NCBI GenBank assembly: GCA_965113315.1
Contig: OZ220364.1
From: Podarcis vaucheri
Lineage: Eukaryota
Reading direction: 5' to 3' (one strand)
Length of the DNA stretch: 64,000 bases
The notes below the pieces were generated by a model. That model saw only the letters and a program-made list of their open reading frames with translations. It did not search any database and was not told the DNA's origin. The position numbers and the translations under genes were made by a program. Shown here one piece after another: positions 25,201-37,893 of the stretch. Position 1 is the first letter of the stretch; every line of letters begins with the position of its first letter.

Positions 25201-28200
25201 GCCCTCTATCCTCATATACAATGAGAGAACTGGAAAAGGTATGAATCTAAGAACGGTGACCTAGATTTGATGGAGGTAAAGTGGAACTGTCAATGATCAT
25301 GACAAAAAGGCATGACAGAACATTCAATAAGCATTGAGGGCAAATAGCTGTAATACAGAAACAGCTGTGGATGAAGATTTGTCCGCAACCTCTAGCAGAA
25401 GGCACAGTCATTAATGACTGTAAGAAGACATCTCTGGCAATGCATTCACAGCTGTGCTCATGCCAGCTGCTGAAAGAACAACACTCAATACTGAATGTAC
25501 AGGGTATTTTTGTATTACTAACAGAGAACCTGAACATCCAGGCAGCATGTATAAGATAGATAAAATTATGGTAGTAAGTATGCATACAAAGATGTGCTGA
25601 TAAATAGGCATCAGGGTGCCTCAGCTAGTTGCAAACTCACAGGAATTATGTCAACCATACTAAAATTAAATTTGCATTCCAAAAATGCAGATAATTTTTC
25701 ATTGTGCAATAGAATAACCAAGAAGCAACACATAAACAAAACAAGTTTCCATGTTATTCTATATGTGCATTCTGATGCTGAGCCCTGAGAGTTTTAGGAA
25801 TGCTTCAAATGTTAGAAAAATCTTGTCATCTACAAAAGGCTTCACTGTTCACAGTCTGTGCAGTACAAATATATCCTGCTCTTTTCATCACCTTGGTTTC
25901 CCCATCCAGAACAATCTACTGTCCTTCTATTACCCACACTTTTCCTTTCAAAAGATTGGTCGGAGACAATTCAGTTTGTAAATCCACTTTAAACTGTGGG
26001 TCAAATGATGCTTGGAGGTTAGTACTAATTTGCCTAATTTTGATGGCAAACTGTGGTTAGAGGAAGCTCTAAAACAGAAAAGGGAATCATAACTCTTTTG
26101 GGGTGGGGTGGTGAAGGACTGAAATGTGATTTCTGAACCATGAACCTGGCCACTTCATTATTGAGGAGTCCACATGTATAAATGTTCACAGAATTATACA
26201 AAATAGATATTTTCCGTAAGTTTTTCTGGTTTCCATAATATTTTACAACATCAATTTCTACTTTACAGTATGAAAACAGCTTTGCCTATGGGATGAATAG
26301 CTTCTGCATTAAGGTATGCATTAAAACAGGGCTGTACAACTTCTAATCATAGTTTGGAGTTCAGTCAAACTGAAGGCTACTTTTATATTTTTACTAATGC
26401 AAGAGTATTACATCATATGGTTAATAACTGAAACTCATCTTTCTTGAAAATTTTAATGCTGCATTTTCTTTAACCCATTCTCTGTTAACCACTTTTCTTT
26501 CTATACTGGGAAACAACATACTTTATTCTTTCTTCAAATCCTGTATTTTTCTGCTTCTCTATCCATAGGTGTTTCTGCCATTACTCCCCTATTTTTTCTA
26601 TGCTTCCTATAGAACTCTTCTTCCCCCTGTACAGATCTCTTAGTATCCAAATTTCCATTTTCCCCCTACAACTTATGATTCCTCTCCCCCACTCCACAAG
26701 TCTACACTCTCATTACCATCTCTCCCCCCTCATTTCCCCCTCTGCCTTGTGGTGTTTGATCCCTCAACCAAAGTAATGCTCAGCAGTGAAATAATCTCAG
26801 AATCAAATTAGATGTTTCTGGGTTGTTGTTGTGTTGTTGTTTTTAACAGTTTAAGAGCGGGTCCAGGGTGTTTATCTGTCATGAATCCAATTAGGATGCT
26901 GGTACTGGGGGAAAGCAAGGAGCTAACACCTAATGAAAATTGCCCCTCACTCATCCACTGAAGTGGATTTGCTGCCATATAGTACCTGTATGTCTTCATG
27001 ATGATAGAAACAGAATCTTGGAAATGAGTTATAATTGTGAAAATGGTGGAAGGAAAAGGAAACCCCCTTTCCTTTCTGCCAGGAAATGATAGAAACCCCA
27101 CACCAGTACCTCAGTAGCTCAGTTATTTCCACTGCACACTCCACAGTTGCCATTAAACTGTTAAAAAGGAGCTAGAGAGCTAATCATAGATCATGTCTAG
27201 CTGTACTCATAGAATGCAAAAGGGTCATTCAGTGCAGCTGGGTGGGTGAATAAGCTGGAAAAATCTGGCACCAGTTCCATCTTGGAATCTAGGGAGAAAA
27301 GGGCCAAGGCAAATGTAGTGGTGCATGCATCCTTTCAAACGCTCCCCCCCCCCAATCTTTGATGGTTTTTCAAGGCTCCCACAAATATGAGGCAAAGGAC
27401 CACAAATAATGGCTATTTTGAATTCCCTTAAATTCCAAAGGGATGCCACCAGGCAGGAAAGGGAGATACACTAAGTTCACTGGCCTTATGATTTACAGCC
27501 TGGGTTGTGAAGAACGGTATTACAGTACATGTAGGTAACAAAAGGCAGAGAGCTTTGTACATACATGCAAATGTCTACTGCTGACTGTAATCTCTTATTC
27601 TTATGTGTCTAACTTCTATGTAAAATCTACATAGATGGCGTAACGGAGACAAACAATTATTTTTTCCAGCCGACAAATCCAACATAGCTGAAAAATACAC
27701 CCAAACGTACAGAACTTCTAAGGACAAAACTGATTCATAGTCATCCTTGAAGATAGGGAGTGAAGCAGCTCAATCTATAACTGGGAGGCCTGTTAAATGT
27801 AAATTACCAACACAACTATACTCCAGTTAGTGTTGTTGCTACATGACTTCCACCAGGCAGTGCCAGTCACTTCAATATAAGCTAGGCATCTTCAGATGCA
27901 GCGCTTGTTTCTGCTACTTTAGAAGCCAGTTAGTACAGTCAATAGCCTGGTGTTTGAGGAAGCTCAGATAAAGATGTGACAAAGAACATTCACTATATAG
28001 GGCCTCTATTTTTATTTATATATATATCGCCTGCTTCTGGGTTTAGTGATGGGTCAGCCTATTTTCTCATCACAAATGACACCCCATATGAGATTTATGA
28101 TATTCACTTTCTTGTTAACAGGACAGCTGCTTGTAACTGGATTATGACTTCACAGCTGTAATGTACAGGAAAAAGGAAATCTTTACTGAAGCTCAAGAGT

Positions 28201-28853
28201 GACATAGCAACTTCTGATGAACGTGGAAGACTTGTCCACTAAACTAAAACTTGTATAGGCTTAAAATTTCAAAGATGATGATGAAGTCTTCAAATGATAC
28301 CCTTACAGGTCAAAGTCAAAATAAATCAAATCTGAAGGCAGATGTTCAAGCAGAAACAGCTATTATGAAATACAGTAGATATTCAGGCACAGTTTTGAGT
28401 TGCATGAGTATAAGGACCAAAACTAGACATTACATTTAGTGATGTGCATCTTTCTCTATTTGTCTTAAAAATAAGATAAAATTCAGCACTAGGAGGTTGT
28501 GAATTGAAAGCAGAGAGGAAGGGGCGGCTTAGTCATTCCCCTGTCTGGCTCAGCCTTTCCCACAAGTTGAAAGAACAGCTGGAAGGGAGTGCTTTTTTGG
28601 GTGGGAAAGCAGCCAGCAGAGAAGGTTTACATAGGGCTGTTCCCTGCTATTCTGCTGGTTAAACTTGTAGCCACCCAAGGCTGTTTATAGCTTAAAAACT
28701 AAATGCTTAGGGAACAAATACAATTGCAAATTATGTCAATTCTGGTCATGAGTACAGATGGCTTTCAGACTTGGGTATACTATAAAAACACAGAAGTTGA
28801 AGAGAAAGGAAGGGAAACAATAAAGGCAACATAATACATGGATATTACTCTAC

Positions 28854-28997
28854 CTCCACTCTTGAGTAGATAGCGATTAACATCTTGTATGGTGGTGTTA
28901 ATAGTTGGCCCTGTTGGAACACTTCCTGGTGTAACGTCAGGATCATTCTCAGGGTCAATGTTCTGCAATCCTTTCCATGGTACCCCAGGATGAAATT
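28854..28997 (-). CDS. TNRC6C: TNRC6C exon (144 nt) [27 protein letters not shown]...LLKSG, PAM2 (PABPC MLLE-binding)
   Basis: GW182 PAM2 motif [13 protein letters not shown] spans the junction; AAACAG| acceptor, GAG|GTAGAG donor. Confidence 0.94.
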
Positions 28998-29447
28998 CTG
29001 TTTGGGCGAAAATAAGATGACATCACATTTCTTACCAAGATCCACATGCGTGGGAAAAGGTACCGTTGCACAGAAGATGAAACCAGGTACACAACTCTCT
29101 GGTGATGGAGTGGGCATTTTGATAAAAAGTTTAAGAAAAACATTTTATGAGGGAGGTTTAGATGGATGGATTTTGTTGTCCAAATTCAGTGATAGTATCA
29201 GGCAGGTAGGAAGTTTTATCCCAGTTCACACCAGGATAAAACATTTTATGTGCCTGCATGCCTCGCCCAACAAAAGCGTGGCAAAATGTTCCTCATACTT
29301 TCATCTTACGGAAGACTACAGCTGGAATGAGCTGAACTAGTATGTTAACATTTGGATACTGAAAGCATTGCCTCAGTAAAGGGGTTTGTATCACATTTCA
29401 GATACCTTCAAGCTCTAAAAGCTAGAATACATATTTTTTTTTGTTAC

Positions 29448-29639
29448 CTGGTGGCCAGTTGATACTGGAGCCATTGGAGATTTTATCACTATCAGATTTG
29501 GCACGTGACCAGCTGTGAGGAACGGCTACAGGAGGACTAGCTGGTGACTCGTTGTTTTGAATCAGATCATACCGGCCATAAGAGTCATCAATGGAGGACT
29601 TTCCTGGAGGACCAATACTCAGACCTCCAGGGATAGCAC
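29448..29639 (-). CDS. TNRC6C: TNRC6C exon (192 nt) GAIPGGLSIGPPGK...NGSSINWPP, start of PAM2
   Basis: TTATTCTAG| acceptor, CAG|GTAACA donor; phase 1-1. Confidence 0.93.
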
Positions 29640-29725
29640 CTAGAATAAAGAAGGTGGGACGACAGCACAAGATTATTAAGGGCATGGCTAACATTTGGCT
29701 CCTTCTCTTATTGGTAGTCACTGAT

Positions 29726-30060
29726 CAGCGCCTAGGGCTTGCCGATCGAAAGGTCGGCGGTTCGAATCCCCGCGGCGGGGTGCGCTCCCGCTGCTCGGTC
29801 CCAGCGCCTGCCAACCTAGCAGTTCGAAAGCACCCCCGGGGGCAAGTAGATAAATAGGTACCGCTTACCAGCGGGAAGGTAAACGGCGTTCTGTGTGCGG
29901 CTCTGGCTCGCCAGAGCAGCGTTGTCACGCTGGCCACGTGACCCGGAAGTGTCTCCGGACAGCGCTGGCCCCCGGCCAATAGATGTGAGATGGGCGCACA
30001 AACCCCAGAGTCTGTCAAGACTGGCCCGTTCGGGCAGGGGTACCTTTACCTTTACCTTTA
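29726..30060 (+). mobile_element. Sauria SINE, 5'-truncated
   Basis: GGTTCGAATCCC B box, conserved core, (ACCTTT)3 tail; no clear TSD; about 85 nt from the acceptor at 29640. Confidence 0.9.
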
Positions 30061-31121
30061 TAATTAGCACTCACACAACACATCTGTAACAGTGGCCAGT
30101 TAAGTGAAAGATAGCAGGTTAAACTGGGGCTGAAAGGTAGCTAACACAGTTCAAAAGTTATCTATCAAAGATTCGTGAGATTAAAGCTGCTACTGGGTGT
30201 AAATCTCACTGAACACACAGTGGGACCTGTTTCGAACAAACCTGCATGGGACTGATTTGCTACTGATAAAACTGTCAAGTAAAGTTAAAACAAAAGGACT
30301 CTAATGAAAAATGTAAGATACACAACATGGTATTTTGCTGAGTGTCAGCAAAAGCACTTTGCTATATGGATCATTAAGATCCTTAAAAATCTTACCAATA
30401 TACTCACAAAATGTAAATGTTTTTAAAGAGCACAGTATTAGCTGTGAGTTTAGAAAATGGGAGTTTGAAACAAGAGCAGGGAGCTAAAACAGGTTTCTCT
30501 CAGTATTGGATTAAAATGTATAATGACACTAAGGGCAATACTGAATTTTCACTTCTGCTCTGCCTACAGTTGTAGTCTGCATTCAATTTACATTAATGTG
30601 ATGAATTCCAAACACAGTTGGTAGGTATTTTGCACTCTCTTTGGGGTGTGTTTTTTTGGAAACTGCTCACCTAAGTGAACCTCCGCCCCTGCCAACTTCT
30701 CTTAACATCTCATAAAGTTTAAGATTTAAGGATTCATGAGAAAAATATAACACATGTGTAATTTAATTTTCTAACTGTGCATTCTATGCTTACCTGTTTG
30801 GAGATTAAATCTGATTGAGTTCAGTGGGGCATACTTCCCAGTAAATGGATATAAGACTAGCCTAAGCCACTCAAAAGTCGAGATGCTTGATGTTCTGGAC
30901 TTTTCAAACTGATTTTCCCTTCTTGGTTTTTAGGCCATTAACATTTATTATGACCAATAATATGAGCAATGAAATCAGTATGAGCAGTAATATGTGTGTG
31001 GGGGTGTGGTGGGAATTACAAGAATAAGATATTTGCACATACAAATGTTCCATTGAGAAATTTATATTCTGTTAAGTACTTTGCAATGCCCACTGCTAAC
31101 CTGGGGTGGGGGGAGAGAATA

Positions 31122-31347
31122 CAGTGGTACCTCAGGTTACATATGCTTAAGGTTACAGACTCCGCTAACCCAGAAATAGTACCTCGGGTTAAGAACTTTG
31201 CTTCAGGATGAGAACAGAAATCGTGCTCCGGCAGTGCGGCGGAAGCAGGAGGCTCCATTAGCTAAAGTGGTGCTTCAGGTTAGGAACAGTTTCAGGTTAA
31301 GAACAGACCTCCAGAACAAATTAAGTACTTAACCCGAGGTACCAGTG
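31122..31347. mobile_element. Tc1/mariner-type MITE
   Basis: TA|CAGTGGTACCTCAGGTT...AACCCGAGGTACCAGTG. Confidence 0.8.
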
Positions 31348-31407
31348 TTTCGGAAAAACGTGGAATCTTGCAATTGGACTTGATGTATTTAGAACGATGA
31401 CACATAC

Positions 31408-31575
31408 CGTGCTTGCTAGGATTCTGGTCAAGTGGAGAAGCAGCACTGGAGAGATTATCCATTGAGTTGGGATGTGTCCACTGAGGAAGGCGAGATTGGG
31501 ACTGAGAAGTGTCCTTCACTGACAAACCACCAGGAATGTCCATGCTGTTTACATTCATGTTTGGGTTCAGTCCAG
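31408..31575 (-). CDS. TNRC6C: TNRC6C exon (168 nt) AGLNPNMNVNSMD...QSRLPQWTHP...PSKH, includes CCR4-NOT-interacting QSRLxxW motif
   Basis: CCTCTTAG| acceptor, ACG|GTATGT donor; phase 1-1. Confidence 0.93.
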
Positions 31576-32012
31576 CTAAGAGGAAGTAGGCAGGCTATTA
31601 AGAAACCCTTAATCCCCGATTCTTGGCATTTAATCACACTTTACTTTAAGCTGAAATCACAAGCTAATCTTTTTACGTCTACAAGTAATGCAAACATGGG
31701 TTAAAGCAGCAAGGGCCCAAGAAGTAAATTGGGAGGGACAGTATATTACAACCACCAAGTATCTTACAACCACCTAAACTGGTACCTACCACTACATTTT
31801 CTGTAAGTTAATTTAAGACTTAAGTTATTTTGTTCTGTCAGTCCTAAACCTTCTACCATTCAGACTCATTCAGGGATCCTGGATTCTAATATTATACAAG
31901 ATAAAAAGAGTATAAGTGCTGCCTGAGTTTTGTTATACTGATTTTATTCTCTGCTTCTGAAGTTTTTTAACACTGTGCCATTTTTTGATGTTGTTATGGT
32001 TCAGTTTTAATG

Positions 32013-32013
<1 letters not shown>

Positions 32014-32053
<40 letters not shown>
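32014..32053. repeat. (ATT)n microsatellite
   Basis: About 13 tandem units. Confidence 0.95.
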
Positions 32054-32054
<1 letters not shown>

Positions 32055-32249
32055 GCTGCCAGAGAACTTTGTTTTGGGGTAGCATATTAATAAAGATAAT
32101 AAGTAATTTGGACACAGTTGCCAAATTAGTTAAGAAGCAGAGGTACGCAGGAGAAAGGATTCCAGACTGAAGCAAGTTAAATCACTGTATGTATACATAA
32201 TTAGGTAATTTACATCCTTCTGAACAGGTCCTTAAATAACTGCACATAC

Positions 32250-32481
32250 CAAGGGGGTAAGGAGCAAAGGTGTTCGGTGAAGACTGTTGCTCTTTGGTCT
32301 GCAGGTCAGATAGGCCAGGAGCCTGGGGATGGGGTGAAAAGTTATCCATGGCTGATTTGCCTGCAGGGGGGTGCAAAGATAGATGTGGAGGGGGTGGCTG
32401 CTGCTTCATAAGCAGGGCCTGGGCCAGCTGGCGCTGGTGCTGCTGGATCTGCTGCTGCATGTTATTGATTGTACGTGCAAC
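32250..32481 (-). CDS. TNRC6C: TNRC6C exon (232 nt) VARTINNMQQQIQQHQRQL...NTFAPYPL
   Basis: Q-rich region; TGCCAG| acceptor, TTG|GTATGT donor; phase 0-1. Confidence 0.93.
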
Positions 32482-32768
32482 CTGGCAGCAAGGAAAAAAT
32501 AAAACAAAGTAAGCAAATGCTAGCTGGAACAAAGGTTTGTGGCACTTTATCTAGAACCGCTCAGCAGACAGTGAATTCAATAGATTAAGAATTAGATGCA
32601 TCCCAGACATGGTAAGAGAAACTGAAGTCTGTCAGCCCCGTGTGTGATTTATGTCTGCATTAAAGCGTGCAGCACAGTAGATTTCCTTCACAAATAAGCT
32701 TTTTCTTGTAACATGCTAGACTCTTTAGAGGCTTTACATTTGGAACTGGGTCAACAAGTTGCACCTAC

Positions 32769-32852
32769 TTGCTGCTCCTGTTGTCTGATGGGTCCGGAAA
32801 CATTACGCTGAGCCTGTAACATCTGCTGCTGGATTTGTAAACGTTGGTACGC
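32769..32852 (-). CDS. TNRC6C: TNRC6C exon (84 nt) AYQRLQIQQQMLQAQRNVSGPIRQQEQQ
   Basis: CTTGCAG| acceptor, CAA|GTAGGT donor; phase 0-0. Confidence 0.92.
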
Positions 32853-32943
32853 CTGCAAGTTGAGGAAAAAAAAGCCTAAGGTCACAGTGTGAAGAAGCCC
32901 AATGGCCTCACTGCAACTGCATTAAATAACACATGAAACAAAT

Positions 32944-33213
32944 TACAGATGGGTAGCCGTGTTGGTCTGCCATAGTCAAAATAAAAAAAGTTCCTTCCTG
33001 TAGCACCTTAAAGACCTTAATTCCTTCCGGTAGCACCTTAAAGACCTTAAAGACCAACTAAGTTAGTTCTTGGTATAAGCTTTCGTGTGCATGCACACTT
33101 CTTCAGATACACGGTGTGTATCTGAAGAATTGTGCATGCACACGAAAGCTTATACCAAGAACTAACTTAGTTGGTCTTTAAGGTGCTACAGGAAGGAATT
33201 TTTTTTTATTTTG
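32944..33213. mobile_element. Penelope-like (PLE) inverted terminal-repeat insertion forming a long hairpin
   Basis: Starts TACAGATGGGTAGCCGTGTTGGTCTG; inverted arms around loop GGT (33113-33115); 13-bp TSD ACATGAAACAAAT at 32931-32943 and 33214-33226. Confidence 0.85.
33073..33110 (-). ncRNA. Minimal type I hammerhead ribozyme motif (PLE-associated)
   Basis: Minus strand reads GUAU-CUGAAGA-A-GUGUGC-AU-GCACAC-GAAA-GC-UU-AUAC: core boxes, stem II, palindromic AGCU stem III, 4-bp stem I. A plus-strand copy at 33118-33155 has one stem II mismatch. Confidence 0.65.
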
Positions 33214-34071
33214 ACATGAAACAAATGCATGTTCCCAAAGCCCTCCTTGCAGGAAGTAACAGACCCAGAGACAGAAGTCAGCTCAGATCAAGAGTGCAAA
33301 CAATACATGGCCAATTAAAGCTATTTAAAACGTGATGAGGAAAAGGCATCATCAACTGAATGATTGTTCAAGAAAATGTAAACACGGAGATGCAAATAGA
33401 GTGTTGGTAGCATGTGAGAGAACTAATCACAAAGGCCCAGGGTAGACAAAACATTTAATCAGGGTTCATGCTAATTCTGCTCTCTTAATCCTGGTTTAGA
33501 ACTCAAGTTAACAGGAACACTGTGGTGCAGAGGTTGCCCACAAGGTGCTTGTTGAAGGTCTTAATAAATATCCCCTTTAAAAACCCCTCAGACTTTTTGC
33601 CTTTCTTGTTCAATTCTGTCTGCACGACTCCACCTCTCCTACACTGAGCATGCCCCCTTAAACATGCCCACATCTCACTGGGTGCCAAGTTGCTCTCTGT
33701 GAGCAAGTGTAGCGGTGGCTGATGTATGCACTTTCCCCCCTTTGATGGGGTGGCTACTGGGAGAGGGGAATGCCACACCATTCTGTCTCCTTTTCCTCTC
33801 TTTTTCCTTGGTAGCAAGGTATGTCATGCCCCCACTCCCGCAGTTATTTGGTATTATGCTACATCTCCACAGCAGCCATTTTGTGTTAGGGCCTGTCCTC
33901 CTGGCAGCCATTTTGTGACTGACATCCCTAGCACTTTCTCAAAATTCCAAGTGTGTCTACTTGCCCAAAAAAATTAGAGAACCTTTAGCTTGTCAAACTA
34001 AGCCCTGGAGCACACATACATTGAGATGATACCAGTGGAATTCATCTGTTGCCTACCTGAAACCCTCTATA

Positions 34072-34318
34072 CAGTCATACCTCATGTTATGTCTGCTTCA
34101 TGTTACGTTCTTTCAGGTTACGGCCCGCGGCAACCGCGGCAAAGGGTTGTTTCCGGGTTTCTCTGCTTGTGCATGCGCAGAAGTGCAAAATGACGTCATG
34201 CGCAGAAGCAGCGAATTGCAACCCGCGCATGCACAGATGCACCGCTGTGGGCTGCGCACTTTTCATGTTGCAAACGGGCCTCTGGAATGGATCCCGTTTG
34301 CAACCAGAGGTACCACTG
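34072..34318. mobile_element. Tc1/mariner-type MITE
   Basis: TA|CAGTCATACCTC...GAGGTACCACTG|TA. Confidence 0.8.
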
Positions 34319-35026
34319 TACTATGGTTCAAACCATACATTCACACCTGGTCTCTGGCTAGGGCTTAAGCTTATTTAAGGTATTTATACCACTGTTGTTA
34401 TGTCTGTACATACTTCTGTATGCTCACAAAACTGAAATAAAAAGAAGTTCTATATTTATAACATGGGGCAGTTTTCTCAAAACCTAAGATTAGTTGTTGC
34501 CATTGGGTACATTGAATTCTACACTGGTATCTTAATATCTGGAAGCCTGGGTCCTAGAAAAATTTGGTTTGCAATAACTTTGAAAGGTTTGCAATAAAAT
34601 ACATGCATATTAAGGGCATGACTAATTGCACAAATGAATGGAAATAATGCTCCATTGCATCTACTGGTGAAGAAGTATTGCAGAACATCAATTTTATTAG
34701 ATTAGCATACAATACAAAAACAACAACACAGGAATCTATCAGGAATATTGTAGAATTTTGAGTAATAGTAGTGGTACCAGAGGTTGTTTTTGAGGTTGCA
34801 GTCCTATACATGTGTTTCAAAAGTTAAGTTTAGAACAATCCAATGGTAATGAGCAAAGTATTTAGTCTTTATCATACTGGAAGTATCAAGCAACTTTTAA
34901 GATTCAGGTAGTTATATAAATTCATTTTCAGAACCAAGTCTAATCATCATTTCTGAAGTGAACATGCCCATTCATGTGGCTTTAAATGCAAGATTTTCTT
35001 TCTGGATTTATAGCTTTCTCACTGTG

Positions 35027-35174
35027 NNNNNNNNNNNNNNNNNNNNNNNNNNNNNNNNNNNNNNNNNNNNNNNNNNNNNNNNNNNNNNNNNNNNNNNNNN
35101 NNNNNNNNNNNNNNNNNNNNNNNNNNNNNNNNNNNNNNNNNNNNNNNNNNNNNNNNNNNNNNNNNNNNNNNNNN
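35027..35174. other. N run (148 nt) that probably hides a ~120-nt TNRC6C Q-rich-region exon
   Basis: The orthologous segment between FLSPQ and AYQRLQ is absent elsewhere in 32853-36086. The minus-strand flank reads TTCACCTCTTAC immediately before the Ns, like an acceptor missing only its AG. Confidence 0.8.
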
Positions 35175-36086
35175 GTAAGAGGTGAATATTCATTACTACA
35201 GTGGTTAGTAATGACCTTAGTTACAGGTCTGAACTACTTGCAGAGTTGAAACAAGACAATTCCAAAGAAAGTGGTTTTTAGGTTACTTGCTGTGATTTTT
35301 GTTTAATAGAAAGCTATGTGTAGAAGTTGAAAGCAAACACAACATATCACAGCAAAATAAACCTTTATTCCAGAATTGCTCATCCTTTCTGAACCTGACA
35401 CATAAAATATAAATACTTGAGAGTTGTATCCAACCAACTCATTGTATGTGTCTAACAACTTCTGCAAGTGCCACACAAATTCCTCTCCCTCTTCTCCCCC
35501 CAGAACTGCTCCAGAGGGTTGAGGGAACTCCCAAGGCAGATTTGGGGTGTGCGCAGGGGCAGGAAAGGGAGAGGAAGTTCCACCCTGTTCACCAAAGTCA
35601 TTCCACACATGCAATGATTTAGTAGGGTACAACCTGAGTCACTAATAACTTTCCCACAACATGCTATTTTTTGTAATTCAAATAAACTGGCATGGCAACT
35701 TAAAAACTCTGCGGCATTTCTCTATACATGGTGCCTTTCATAGAAGTATACTGTGTAAGTGTGGTGGTGTCAATATTTTATGTTGCATTATTCCAACTGG
35801 CACTATCAGCCATCTCTAGGTGCAGATAACTTTAAGAATATATTATTTTTTCTTCCATTTAAGTGTTCCACTCAATATGCATTAGTTATGGCACAGAAAT
35901 GGCCATCGCCAGGGATACAACCATTTTTGCAAAACTGAGGAGCCGGTGAGGAGGAGAAACCTGCCTCCTTACCTTATCGACAACCCAAGTGCTAACCGCT
36001 AGGCCCTTGTTTTCCAACTACTAGTGGTTAACAACACCTGGGTTTGCATCCCTGGCTATCACTAATGCTACAGAGCTCAATCTAAC

Positions 36087-36233
36087 CTGAGGGGAGAGAA
36101 ACTGAGGCACTTGAGCACGAAGACTAGGCTGGGATGAGTTAAGAGGTTGCACTGGCGGTTGCTGCGGCTGTTGCATGGTCCTGGCTTGTGCTGCTCCGCT
36201 ATTGCCAAACATACCCAGATTGCCACTCGGTAT
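36087..36233 (-). CDS. TNRC6C: TNRC6C exon (147 nt) [18 protein letters not shown]...VPQFLSPQ
   Basis: CCCACAG| acceptor, CAG|GTTAGA donor; phase 0-0. Confidence 0.92.
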
Positions 36234-36365
36234 CTGTGGGATGACAAGGTTAGAAGATTTAAGTTTCACAATTTTATAGCTTGTGACAGTCACTGTAGAC
36301 TAGCTCAAGACATTAGCAAACAAAGGAGCTCTCATGCAGATTAGCAGCAGGTGAAGCGTTTAAAG

Positions 36366-36501
36366 CAGTGATGGCCAAACCTGGCCCTCCAGCTGTTTTG
36401 GGACTACAATTCCCATCATCCCTGACCACTGGTCCTGTTAGCAAGGGGTGATGGGAGTTGTAGTCCCAAAACACCTAGAGGACCAAGTTTGGCCACCACT
36501 G
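36366..36501. mobile_element. Palindromic hAT MITE
   Basis: CAGTGATGGCCAAAC...GTTTGGCCACCACTG; perfect 8-bp TSD GTTTAAAG at 36358-36365 and 36502-36509. Confidence 0.88.
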
Positions 36502-37329
36502 GTTTAAAGTACAGCAAATTGAAACATCAGTAGGCATGTACATCGGTAGGAGTTTGGTACAAATACATCAGTTGACCTAAATTACTCACGCAGCCAACCA
36601 TGTTCACTTTGTGGAAGCAGCTTCCTTTGGAAAGATGATGGTGCATACAAAACTGCACCTAATTCTGTCAAACCATGGCAAATGCCCCTAGAAGAAGGCT
36701 AGCAATGATGCCACTGAAAGTGCTGCAACAGCATGGGGATCTGCTATAGAAATGCAATGCAAGCAACTGGATGCAGATACAAATAGCCACCCTTAAAGGT
36801 AGTTGCATGTCTAAAGCAGGCTTAAATTTCGCTTTCAAAATGAGTCAATCATAATCTACATGTATGTGAATTAACTTTATCTAGGAAATGACTTTTTTCC
36901 TGGACATATAATGTAAAGCTTTCCCCTCTAGTTTCAGTAAAAAAAAATTAAAAATACGTTCACGTGTGGAATGTATGACATAAAAATATAGATTTGGGTA
37001 CTGGAATGCATTTGGGCATCCTGCTTGACTGTTGTTTGCTCTTCCTAATGGTCATGCCTGAGCAGAAAGGAGGCAGCTTCTTCATATTATGCTAAACTAT
37101 AGTTAAGTGTGATGTCCAAATGTGGCCAAAGTAAAAATGAATTACTATTATTCTAATAAGTTCGGGTCAACATTCCAGCTTATCCTTTTATCACCTTCGC
37201 TTTAAAAACAGAAACAAAAACCACTTGTACCATGTAGTTTCCTGATTATCAACTATGACACATAGTTCCAATGTTTGGGGCTTTTTAGCTCATGCAAAAG
37301 GCAACTAGGGCATGTGAAACAAATTACGT

Positions 37330-37625
37330 ATGGTGTCGAGAAACTGGATAGTCTCACAGTATTAGAACCCGGGATAATCCATTGAAGCTGAATGGTAGGA
37401 GATTCAAGACAGACAAACTTCTTTACACAGTGATTGATGCCACCCTGGATAGCTTAGAGGGTGAATGGACAAATTCATGGAGCATAAGACTATCAATAGC
37501 TATACTGTACATTATCTCCAATCTCCAATATGCCTCTGAATACCAGTTACAGGGGAACAGGAGAGTGCTAAGGAACTTCTGTTTTGCTTGTGGGCTTGGC
37601 CACTGTAGGAACAGGATGCTGGCAT
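37330..37625 (+). mobile_element. CR1 LINE 3' remnant
   Basis: KLNGRRFKTDK...LDS...DKFME-like CR1 ORF2 C-terminus followed by 3'UTR-like sequence. Confidence 0.6.
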
Positions 37626-37651
37626 TTAACAATACCTAGCCAGCTCAAATA

Positions 37652-37893
37652 CAGTGGTACCTCTGGTTACGAACGCTTCTGATTACGGATGCTTCGGGTT
37701 ACCAACTCTGCTAACCCAGTAGTAGCTGCTCCTGGTTGCAAACTCTGCTCCAGGATGTGAAGGGAAATTGTGTGACGGAGGTGCGCACACAGCAGGAGGC
37801 CCCATTAGCAAAAGCGCGCCTCAGGATAAGAACGGTTTCAGCTTAAGAACGGACCTCCAGAATGAATTAAGTTTGTAACCAGAGGTACCACTG
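37652..37893. mobile_element. Tc1/mariner-type MITE related to 31122-31347
   Basis: TA|CAGTGGTACCTCTGGTTAC...GTAACCAGAGGTACCACTG|TA. Confidence 0.88.

Noticed and set aside
29750-29775. tRNA-like GGTTCGAATCCC motif as a tRNA gene
   Set aside because: It is the B box of a Sauria SINE head; no cloverleaf.
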